The notes under the pieces were generated by a model that was not told the DNA's origin, made no database searches, and saw only the letters and a program-made list of their open reading frames with translations. DNA of 64,000 nt from a virus: positions 1-64,000 of the IMG/VR virus record IMGVR_UViG_3300031576_000016. One strand, written 5' to 3'. Position numbers and translations under genes: made by a program. This document shows, one piece after another, positions 45,901 to 57,900 of this stretch (its first letter is position 1; every line of letters begins with the position of its first letter).

Positions 45901-48900
45901 GGAGAAAGCCTGGACTCAGCCAGCAGCCGCCGCCCAGACTGTTGCCCTTCCTACTAAGGTGGACGCGGTCAAAAAGTCTGTGCCTCGACCGACCGATAGG
46001 CAGCAACTTGAACGTCGCCTGAACGAACTCGAAGGCGTGGATGTTCCTTCTGCGCACGAGATGAAGGAAATTGCCGACATCCATCGGCAGTTGAAGAATC
46101 AGAAGACACCGGTTCCGCCACAACAACAGACCGGACGTGGCCGCGTTCGCGATACGCTTGCTCCGAGTGACCTACGTGACATCCAGGAACAGACAAAGGA
46201 CCTGGTTGTGCCCGAGGCCGCGATTTCGTCTGCCTCCGATAAGCTCAAGGCAGGGCCTACCGCTCAGGTCGCACGACAAGAACGCGAAGCTCGCGATAAG
46301 AAGCCGTCGCCAATCATTTTGCCTGGTGACCAACCGGCTGGTCCGCCGCGTCCGCTCTTCATTCCTGGTCAGACACAGGCGCAGCCTGATGCAAAGGTTT
46401 TCACAAGCGAAGCTGACTTCCGCCGCAGTCAGCAACCTTCTGCCAAAATTGTTACTGGCGATGAGACTCCGGTTCCATCGCTGGTTCAACCGACTCGGGA
46501 AGAAGTCAAAAAGTATGGTCGTTCTGCTGCTGGCCCGACTGCGGTTGCAGCAGCAGCTAAACAGCCTCGTGACATTCGTCGCATTATGGACAAGTTGGCC
46601 ACTTCCGGTTTGGTTGAAGACTTGGAAGTGCCTGGTAAGGGTGCTGACCCACGAGCCAAGAAGGGGCTTCTTCGTTATCTGAAGCAGTATGGCGAAGAGA
46701 TTGAGAAGGCTGGCAAAGGCACTTTGTCGCGTCGTCTTCAGAAGCTTGCTCGCAAGGCACCAGATTGGCAACCAAGCTTGCGTGGTATTCTGCCAGCCCC
46801 AGAAGAGGACACTACCACGTTTTCGTTCGCTGAGGAAGCGGCTGCCGCCACAAAGTCCAAGCCTCGCCCAAGCAAGAAGACCAAGGAACTGGACTTGGCG
46901 GTTGGCTACAAAGAGCCAAAGGTTGAATTTACGTTCCCTGAAGAAAAAGCGCCGCTGCCGCTTGAAAGCGACGTGAACCAAAAGTCGCGGCTGCGCCGTG
47001 AGCAGGAAGAGGAAGCCAAGAAGCGGCACAAGAACGCCGTGGATTTGGCATCGCAGCCAAGTCACAAATTGCAGGGGGACGCGGCAACTGTCCCGGTCAG
47101 TCTGACAAAAGAAGAAATCATCAGTAAGACCGTTAGCGATTTTGCTCCTACGGGCGAACCGAAGGAGCCGGATGTGCCGGCAAGTCTATTTGATAAGGAC
47201 AAGAAAAAGAAACAGACTTCTCGCCAAGAACATCTCAAAAAAGAGCGCCAGAGGTTCATCAAAGAAGAGGGCGTAACTGAAGAAGCGATTGCGTTTCGTG
47301 AGCGGATGCTTGACAGCACGAAGTCGCTGGATGAAGCTCGCAAGCTCATAGCCAGTCCCGAGTTTGATGGCCACGAGAAAATCAATCCTTATTTCGATGT
47401 CTACGCTCAAGAGCGTCATGGACAGAAGAAGAAAAGGAAGCCAAAGACTTGCGGCCTTGCTCCGGAACAAAGCTTCTTTGATAAGCCGACGCCGCAGCCG
47501 CGTCCGACCAGTTCGTTGCCGCCTCCTCCTTCGGGCAAGGTGCCTGAGACCTATAGTTTCGCTGGGGACCCGCCGGAGTCGAAACGGTATCACGTCGAAG
47601 GTGACCCTCTGCATCCAGCCCAACAACAGGGCGGTGAGCACCGCTCGCGCGACTTCTACCGCACGTTGTACAACAGCACAACGGCTGGCGATACGCTTGG
47701 CTATACCAAGAAGACGCGCCGCGAACTCGCAAAAGCCAAGGATGCTCTTGACCAGGCTCGTCTCGATGCTGCCGCTGACCCTACCGACGACAATCGGTTG
47801 CGTTTCAAAGAAGCTGGGCGGGCTTATGACAAGCTTGAGAAACAAAAGGTAGTCGTCGGCCGACGCGAAGCCGACCCGTACTACGCTCGTCGATTGCTCG
47901 ACCAGGCGAAGTCGGAATTGTTGCCGCACGAATACAAGGCGTTCGAGGCAGAGACACGTCGCGTTCACCCGAACCTTGCTTCGCAGGGCGGCGACCCAAC
48001 CATCTTGCGTCAGTACAAGGAAGGCAAGAGCGACGACGAAATTCGCGATAACCATTATGGACAAACTGGCAGACGAGTTGGTCTATTTGGTGGAGCCGCT
48101 ATCGGTGGGGCTGTTGGCTCATTGTTTGGTCCACTCGGCACCGTTCTTGGCGGCACCATTGGCGCTGCTGTTGGTCAAAAAATCGCAAAAGCCCTGCCTG
48201 GGTCTGCGGCGTTTGAGGAATCATTAGCAGAGAAGGGGACGGGCAACGTCAGTGTCGGTCATATTGCTGAGTACAAAACCGACAAGGAGACTGGCCAAAA
48301 GCGGCTTATTGGCGGTGACCTTCGCGAAAAAGGCCAAGCTGAACTAACCAAGTATCTGGCTGGTCGCGGTCCTGTCAGCGATGCAACAAAGCACGCCTTT
48401 GAAACTGAGGCCATCGGGCGGGCGGAAGCCCGCGTCAAACGCGAACTGATTTCCGCGCAGGAACGTTGGCTGAAAGCTGTTCATCCAAATATCTCTGCGA
48501 CCGAAAAACACAAGTTGGCTCTTGAGCAAGTTGATGCTGCTCTTGCTGGGCAGGCAAAGGTTGTCAAGAGTTCAACAGGTCGCTATTTGGGCGTTGAAAC
48601 AGAGCACACGAAGGCGAGCGACCTGGATAAGGCCACAGGCGCTGGTGGTGTTGGTTTCCAATTTCGCTCAGCTAAAGGTGCTATTGGCGACTGGATGGCC
48701 GATAAGTATCGTAGCTTGAAGGCTGGCTACGAAAAGTTCGAGTCGTCTAAAGCTGGTCAAGTGCTGAGTGGCGCGGGCAGCTTTTTGTCCAGTCAACCGG
48801 TTACGTTCTTGGCTCCGCTACTTGGAGGACAAATTGAACAATCGGCCGGCACCGCTGAAAATGCAGTCAAGGCTGGTGCTAGTGGTGAAGGCACATATAC

Positions 48901-51900
48901 AACTCGTCGTGGAATTGGTGGCGCTGCAACGGGCGCGATTCTTGGCGCAACTGTCGGTTCTATTGCTGGTCCGATTGGTGCCGCAGTTGGTGGTGCAGCT
49001 GGCGCTCTGGTTGGATTCACAAGTGCTATCAAGGATGCTGCAAACGAAATTCGTGAAGTAAAAATTGGCAATGCGTTGACCATTATTTCGGACCGTTTGA
49101 CCACGATTGCCAATGTGCCAGTACGAACTTTGCCAGGTGGACAGGCTACTGCTGATGACCCATTGGTTCGTTCTTCGATGGCTGACGTTCTGCGTGAACT
49201 CACTACTTCTCGCAATGAAACACTCGACAAAAACATTAGTGAATCTAGCGGCTTCTGGCGTAGTGCCGGAGCCGTGTTCGGCATCTCGAATCCGGTTGAT
49301 GTTCAAGGTCTCGCCGCGCGTCAGGAATCTGCTGACCGCCAGCAGGTTTCTCAAATCCTGCCGCAGAGCACGCAAATCATCAACCGTCAGGCCGAAGTGT
49401 TACTACGCAACAATCCGAACATTGGCGCTCGCGACGTTGCTCGACGCCTCAGCACTGAGGGTCTCACTGGCCAACTGATTCCTCGCATTGCTCAGGCTCG
49501 CCGCGTACCACTAGAACAATACTTGGATGAGCTTGCTTTGCAGGTTGCCCAAGTCAATACTCGATTGCGTGCTGAGTTGGCGCAGCACCAGGCTCGCGAA
49601 GGCCAGGAGAAGGTTATTCATACCTTTGGCCGGCTCGTGCTGGCGGTCCAATCGGCCTCCGACAGCCTGGTCACTCTGCGGGCGCAGGCTCAGTCTATGT
49701 CGGATGTGTTCTATGGCAACGTCACGGCTACGCCGGTCACCGCTCATTCCGAAGCTCTAACTCAGCTGGGACGCCAGGACCGTGGAGCCATTCGCCCGCT
49801 TGAAACCATCTCTCACGTCGTTGGCGATGAGCGCGGCAACCGTCTGCTTGAGCACGGCCGGGCAACTGACGATGTGGCTCGCGTTCTACCGGCTATCCTG
49901 GCTCGCGTTGGTTCGACCAACCCGCTTGAGCCGTCTGACTTCTCCCGCCAGGTGCGCGAACAACTTGTCAGCGCTTTCGGCGGTACGCCAACAGGCGGAC
50001 AAAACGCCGCCATCAACACCGTTCTGTCTGAGATTCAACGTGTCGGGGCGACGGGCGGCACCGCGCAGATTTTGCGTGAGATGCAGATTGACGCGACCGA
50101 GTTCACGCAGAAGCTCATCAACCCGCTGGCTGACCCGTTGAAGAAATTTGGTCAACAAGTTGCCCAGGACCTGGAGAAGGCCGGCAAGGAGTTTACCGAG
50201 AACGTCAACGAGTTTGTTCGTCGCACTCGCGTGGCCGGCGAAAGCATGGACCGCCTGGCTGCACTCCGCGTCACCACGGCCCGGGTACGAGCCGAGGTTA
50301 CGGCCCAGCAAAGCGGACGCCCGAATGATGTGCTCAGCCAACTCTCTCTGCAAACTCTTCAGAGCGGTTTGCAGTCTCGTCAAGAACGATTGACTGGCGT
50401 CGTCGGTCCGGCAGCGAGCAACCCAGACTTCATCGGTCGCCAGCTTCAGACTGTTCGCGCTCGTATCAACGAAGCGACCCATCGCCAGCAGGAAACCTTT
50501 GAACTGACCGGCGGACGCGGGCCTGCTTATGAAGCAGCAGCGCTTCAGTTGGCTCGGTTGAAGGACCAAGCAGCCAATTTGCAAAATGCTCTCAAGCACC
50601 TGGCTGACGTGTCCGAGAGGAACGCAGCTGCGCAGGAAAAGTTGGGGGCACTCAAACAAGAAGCTGATGCTCGCATTGGCCTCGGCGAACGCTACCTGCG
50701 TGCTGACGGCGAAGAGATGATGCGGCTCAATCGCGGCAGCCTCCTGGTCAACCAGGCATACAGCCGGCCGCAAGGTCAGCGCGGCCTGGACAACCTATCG
50801 GTTGAAGACCGTCGTCTCGCCCTGGATTGGGTCGGGGCTGCACGTGGCACACGTCTACAAGGCTTCCAAGGAAGCCCGCTGGCTGATGACGTTCATCGCA
50901 CGCTCATTCAAGAGAGTGCTGGCGGTGCGTTCAACTTGACCGCTGGTCAACAGAACGAGATGCAAGAGTTGCAGCGTGTCCTATTGGCAAATGCAGCTAC
51001 TGCGGAGCAGGCTCAGAACCAACTCATCACATTCCAGCGTGAGTCGGCTGGTGAGTTTTTCCAGAACCTAACTCAGCAACACGAGCAGTTTTTCAGTCGT
51101 CTTGAACAGACGCTCGCACGCGACCGTCTCTTTGAACAACAAAATCGTTTGAATGAAGTGGCAACTCAGCAGGCTTCGCTTCAGGGTTTGAATACGAATC
51201 GCGAAACTCTGCAACGAGCCGGCGTCACCAACGATGACCAAGTTCGCAATTTGCGCAGCAATCGCGGCCTTGTTAGCGAATACATGGGTCGCGTAAGCGA
51301 AGTACAAGCTTTGCGCCAAAGGTCAAGTAATCCGAGTGGCGCTGCCGATATTTTCGAGCGCACTTATGGCGACCGTCTTGGTTCGCAATTCTCTGATGCT
51401 GGCGGATGGGGAATCAACATTGGGCAAATGGGCCTTAGTTCTGGTTCCATAGGTCGCCTAACCGAGAATGTGCGAAACACCACAGGGTTCACGCCTGAGC
51501 AAACTCAAAGGGTTATCTCTAGGTTCTTGCAGCGTTCTGAAAACATAACTGGCCAAACTGGTAGTGCCAACACCAGAAGTGCTGTTACTGCAAACATCGA
51601 GGAGGCTATTCGTCGCGAACAGGCTTTGCAGTCGCAGGAAGCGCAGCAACGCTTGGCACCACTAGAGAATAACCTTCGCGGACGCCAAATCAACGTTGGT
51701 GGTCTGTCGCAGGCTGCGGCAAGTGGCAACTCAAACGCTCTGCTCCAGGCTATCGACTCATTTGATGGCGTTTCCAACTCCTTCACAACGCTGGATACGC
51801 GCATCCAGAATACCGCAGCGTCGTTCATCAATCTATCGAATAGTGTTCGCACGCTTCAGACGCGCGTTGACAATAACAACCCTAACGCTGGCGGCAATCC

Positions 51901-54900
51901 TTTCCGTTTTGCAACCGGCGGCACGGTTCCAAATGAACCAAGTCGCGTCTATCGGTCCTATGGCACTGACTCTGTGCCAGCCATGCTCACCCCTGGCGAG
52001 TTCGTGGTTCGGGCCGAAGCTGCGAGTGCCAACCGTGGACTTCTCGAAGCCATCAACCGCTCGAAGGGCGGTAGCGTCCAATACCACCAACGTGGTGGAG
52101 TCGCTTATCTGGCTGATGGTGGTTACGCAGATGATGAGCCGTGGGAAGTCAACGCTTACAACTCGCTGTACCGTCGCCGAAGCATGATTGGAGCCGGCGT
52201 TCTGGCTACCGGTGCTGCTTATCGTTATCGTAGTCAACTTGGCTCTGCTTGGCGAAACACCCTTGGTCGCGTTCCGGGTTTGAGATGGACAGCCGGGGGA
52301 ACTCCAGCAGCGGCAGCGGCTCCTACTACTACCGCTTCGCCGCCAACTCCGGTAGTGGAGCCTATGCCAGCATCCGTTCCGGCCACGCAGCCTCGTCAGG
52401 GGCTCCTTGGTCGCGTTCGCGGGTGGTTCGGCGGGACAGCCCCAGCACCTGTTCCTTCTCCTGCTAATACCGGAGCCGGCTATTTCACGGCACCGGCCGA
52501 CAATGTCGCGGCTGAGCTTGTTCCATCGCCTGCCCCTGCCGCTCCAGTAGACCCGGCTACCGCTCATACTGAACGTCTTAGTCGTCTGACTCCAGAAGCT
52601 CGTGCTCGCTACCAACGCATTATGGCGACCGAGCCAATCTCGCGTGCTGACGCTTTGGCAAGAGCAGAAGCGTACAACCAACGCATTTTGGGTGCTCAGA
52701 CACGAGGCGCAGAACGTGCTGCTGCTTACGGCCAACAGCAATCGAACTACGGCGCTGCACAACCACGCAATGCTCCGACGCAACCTGTGGCCAATGAGCC
52801 GCCAGGCTCAAATACGTGGTCGCGTCCAAATCGCGTTATTCCTCGTCCTTCCCCGACCGCCGCTACCACTTCGTCCCCAGCGGCAGCACCAGGCGCAACC
52901 CCAGCGCCTGTTGTTGAGGCTCCTGCTCCGGCTGCGGCTCCCCGCGCAACCGGAGCAGCCTCTACTCGCGTCACGCCAACAACCGCAACCGAGCCAGACA
53001 TCTATCGCTTGGCTCTCCAGGAGACGGCTGGCACACCACGTACTGGCCCAACCATTCGTCAGCTTCAAGCGACGAACGGAGCGGCTCAGGCTCCTCGTCC
53101 GCCTGTTCCGCAGGCAGCAGCGGCAACGCCAACACCAGTTGCACCCGTTCGCACACAGGTGACCGCTGGCCAAGGCATGGTAATCACGCTTGGCGCGAGC
53201 TTGGCCTGGAACCACCTGGCTCAGCAAGCCGGCTTCAATCAGAATGTCACCGACGCCGGCAACCTTGGCATTCTTGGCGGCGGCGTGGCATTGTCTACTC
53301 CGACCGTTGCTGGTGCTGGTCTGTCAGCAACCGTGGCTGCACCTGCGGCCATCATCGCTGCACCAGTGGCTGGTGTCATGGCCGGCAACATCATCGGTCG
53401 CAACGAAGACGCGACATCGCTGTTGACGACTGTCGTTCGTAATACGCCGACACCGCTGGCTGTCGCATACCGTGCGGCCGGCATCGACGAGGATGTGGCT
53501 CGCCGAGGCAGTCGCGAATATCAACGCATCTCTTCCAATGTTCACCAGGCACTGACAGTTCCTGGTGGTGATTGGGGACAACGCACTGCTGACGCAACTG
53601 CAAGCTGGGGTGAAAATGTGCCGGTAGCCGGACACATTGCTTCAGGTGTTGCGACATTTGGTGCTAACACAGGACGTGTGGTCACCGATGTTGTCACTGG
53701 CGTTGGTGCTGAATTGGCAACGCCGGTTGTCAACACGCTGGATGCTGGTGGTTCCTACATTCGTGCCAGCCAACAAGCGGCCTACACTGATGCTCGCGCA
53801 GCGTTCCAGCCATACTTCAGCAAGTATCTGGATGCCATCGAAGCTCGCCAAGATGAGCAGTTGAATGCGGCTGGCGCTTTGATTCCTTCGCTGAAGAGCG
53901 AAGTTGACGCCGCCATCGCTCAGACAGAATACCGCTCAGCGGTGCCGGAAGCTTCTCGCTCGTCGTTCTCCGCGCGTCTTGGTCGCATCTCGATTGGTAA
54001 GCCAACAGAGACCAGCCCAAACATCCTGAGCTTCATCGAAGACACATATGGTCAGGGTCACCTATGGAAGACAAATAATGGTGTTCACCTACAAGATGTG
54101 ATGCGGCAGCATGGCAGTCGCGTCGGCATGGGCGATGATGAAGGCGTTCGTATCGACTTCCAGAACCGCGCGAGTGAGAATCCGCGAGTCGGACGCGAAG
54201 CGATTTTCGCCAAGCTCCGTCAGCGCATCACTCAGCCTCTGGATGGAGCCGAAGGCCCGCGTCCTCGATTCGCTGTCATGGACCGTTTGCGTGACGCTTA
54301 CACTCCGGGCGACAACAACATCCGCACAATGATTGACCGGCTCCGTGGCGAAAGTGCTACCGAGCAAACAGTCCAGACGGACCGTCACACGACATTGCTG
54401 ACACAGGCGACTCAGTTGGACAATGACGAGCAACGCGCGGCATTGTTTGAACAGCCGACTCGGTTGCAGCAGCTACGCGAAAGTCTCCGGGCTCGTCGCG
54501 AAGTAGTGGCGGCTTTGGCAAACATGCCCGCCGACTACCGCAACTTGATGACATGGTACACCACTGGTTCGCCGCCGTGGATGCAACGCATTCGTCAGTA
54601 CCAGCAGGCAGCAGTTCTGGCTGGTCTCGACATCGAACGCGACCAAATGCTGACGCCTATCGGCTACGCAGCAGACCGGTTCTCGAACGAACAGCGCGAA
54701 CTCATCACCAATGTTCGCCGTGGTCAGATTGCTGAAATTCGCCGTCGTCAGAATGTGGATGCTCGGCTCGCCAATGGCGACACGCTCACGGCCATCTTGA
54801 ATGAGGTGCCGGCTGGGTGGAAGTCCATCTACGAACAGTCGATTCGCGAAACAGGCGGCAGCAATGCCGCAGAGACTGCTCACCTGACCGAGACAATGGG

Positions 54901-57900
54901 CGGCGTGGCCGGCGTCTATACTCGCGTTATTGGCGGCAACTTCGAGGGCAACAACTCGGCAGGCCAGCTTGCTTCGGCCGCGCGTTTGATTCCGGATGAT
55001 TTCCTACGTGCTCAGCTTTTGCCTGGTGGTCTTGAAGCCGACAACGCATTGTTCTCCTACCGGTCGAGTGACCTTCAGGATGCGATTGGGGCCGTTCGTC
55101 AACGACAGCTTCGCTTGCTACAAGAGGCCGGCGAAATCAATGCGGTTGGCGATGTGCCTCGTCAGCTTCGCAACGAAGGTGTCATCCCAGGCTTCGCTCC
55201 GCTCTCGTCCATTGCTCGTCAGTATCTGACTCCGCAGGCCCTGCCGCTTGATGCGTTCTTGGCCCAGGCCGGCAATTCGGAAGTGTCGCGTCGGTTCCGT
55301 CTGCGTGACGCTAACAACATCAAGCGTGAGAATCGCTCGTTCATGGCGATGCGACTCGACACGGCAGAAATCGCTGCTGCTCTGAATCCGCAGGCCGCGC
55401 CAGCCCCAGCCCCGAATGCAAACGTTCAACTCGCACGCGGCGGCATGGTCTATCTCGCCCAGGGCGGTATGCCTTCGCCGCTGTTCCAGCCGAGGGGCAC
55501 GGACACCATCCCGGCAATGTTGTCGAAGGGCGAATTCGTCGTCAACGCAGAAGCAACCAAGCAGCACCTGCCGCTTTTGGTGCAAATCAACGAGGGTCGT
55601 CGCCCATCCTACCGCGAAGACGGCGGGGCTGTTGGTGGAGCTATGTCGGCTGTCGCTGCGACTGCTTCTACGGCCCCATCCTCCCCTTCTCTGCTCAGTT
55701 CCGGAAACGAAGGCGACACCTATAACTTGGCCTCGATGCCGAGCAATGAACGCTTCTTGCTGACACAGACATTGTCTACTCTTGGCAAGCACCAGGTCGG
55801 CTCGATTCAAGACGCTGACGCTCGTCTGACGGGTCTCGAACAACGTTCGTCGAGCACCGCAGCCACTCAAGACAACCTGGCCGACGACCGCATCATTTTC
55901 GCGAAACTCGTGGCCGACAACATCGACGCCGGTCACCGCAATGCCGACGTGTTGGTCCGGTCGCAAACTAACCTTCAGAAACGGTTCTTCCTCCACTTGG
56001 GCGGCTCCCAGGACAAGTTCCTTGACAAGTTCGGCATGTCGCTCACTCTGGCTCCGAAGCTCGCGGCCAATGCCGCTCGCGCGGGTGACACGAACAATGT
56101 CTCGATGAAGCTCTTCCGCACCGGCGGCGTCGTTCAGTATTACGCAACCGGTGGTGAAACCAGCATGTTCCAGCCGCGCGGTTCGGACACAGTTCCGGCC
56201 ATGTTGAGCCATGGCGAGTTCATCGTCAATGCGGCCTCGACTCGGCACAACCTGGGTCTGTTGCGAAAAATCAACAACACCAAGGGTCCGGTCTATTATG
56301 CACGCGGGGGCCTGGTGGGTCCGGCCTACTTCTCTGAGGGTGGTCAGGCAGAACAACCGCAACCGCCGCCGATGCCGGCCACGCCGTCCGAGCCGATTTA
56401 CATCGACGAGGCAGGCCCGACTGTGGCTCAGCAGAATGCCGCAGCCGGCATTCAGGAATCTGGCGGCGAAGTTCCACAAGCCAGCAATGCTGCGGCTACG
56501 GCTCCAACTCCTGAGCTTCCGAGTCAGACGCCGTTTGGCGAAGACCCAGACCGCCCAGCAGCGGCCATGTTCCGGTTCGCGGCCGGAGGGTTCGTCCGTC
56601 CACGTTACTTGGCCCAGGGCGGACTTGTCAGCTACTTCGATGGCGGTGGACCTGTGCCGGCTCCGGCCCCAGCGGAAAGCCCTGAGCAACAACAGACCTT
56701 CCAACGATGGCGAGATTACCTGGCTGAGCCGGCGAATCAAACGCCGCCTCAAATCCAGATGTTGGAAGGGTGGTTCAATCGCGGCTTCGGTGCCAATGGT
56801 TGGGACCGCGCGGCATTGCGTGCTCGCCTGGCCCGAGACGGCAATCGTCTATCTCCACGTTGGCGAGGTTTCTTCCAGGCATGGTCTGGATGGGTCGGTC
56901 GTCAAAACACCGAGCGCGATGCAGCCGCACAAGCTCGTCTGGAAACATTCCGTCGTACCTTGGTGCCGACTGTCGGCGGCGCGCCAGCCGCGCCTCTGCC
57001 GCCCGAACAGGCAGAAGCTCGTTACCAGGCCGAGTATCGTCGTCTCCGCGACATCTGGACTCGTGGCGGCAATCCACTTCAGGGCAATCTCGAAGGCGAC
57101 GACGTTGAGGCGTCGGTCAATCAGGAAACAACTGCGGCCATCGCTGCCGGTCGTGCGAATTTCCAGTTCCTCAGTCCGGAACAGCGTGCTCGCTATCGCA
57201 TCCTTCGTGAAATGCAAGGTGCCCAGGTTCGCCAGCGCACGGCTCGCGGACAGGCCCTGACGTTCACCGGCGGTCCAACAGCTGACAACGCGCAAGGACG
57301 CGCTCTTGGCGAAGGCATTACAGGTCAGCAGGCATTCGCAGCGGCTCCTGGCGCTGTGGCCGAAGAGAACCTGTCTCCGACCGAGCAGGCTGTCCTTGAG
57401 GAAGAATATCGCTTCGCGGCTCAGGACCGTTTCAATCGTGAGACCCAAGGTCTGACGACTCTCGAACAGTTGACGCAATACTGGCAGCCGCGCGAAGGAC
57501 AGTCGAGCCCAGCATTCCGCCAGGCGTTCCGCGCGAACTCCAGTCGATACACGCCTCAGCAACGGGCAGAGATTCAGGCTCAATGGGACTTCTACGACGC
57601 CTACCTCGCACGCCGGCCGGCTCTCGAAGCGGCTCAACAGCAAGCGCGCGAACAGCAACGTCAGCAGGAAGCACAGCGTCAGCGTGAGGCTCAGGAACGC
57701 GAGACCGCCAACCAGCGCGTGCAAACGTTCCGCGACCAGCAGGCCGCGCTCGACCAGGAAATTCAGTTCCAGGCTGCCGTCAATCCGAATGGCGGCTCGG
57801 CGAACTTCCTACGTGAACGTCAAGCCGGCGAGCAGTTCAACCAGAACATGCAGCGTTTCAACGCTCGTTGGGGCGAACTCGAAAATCGTGACCGCAACGG

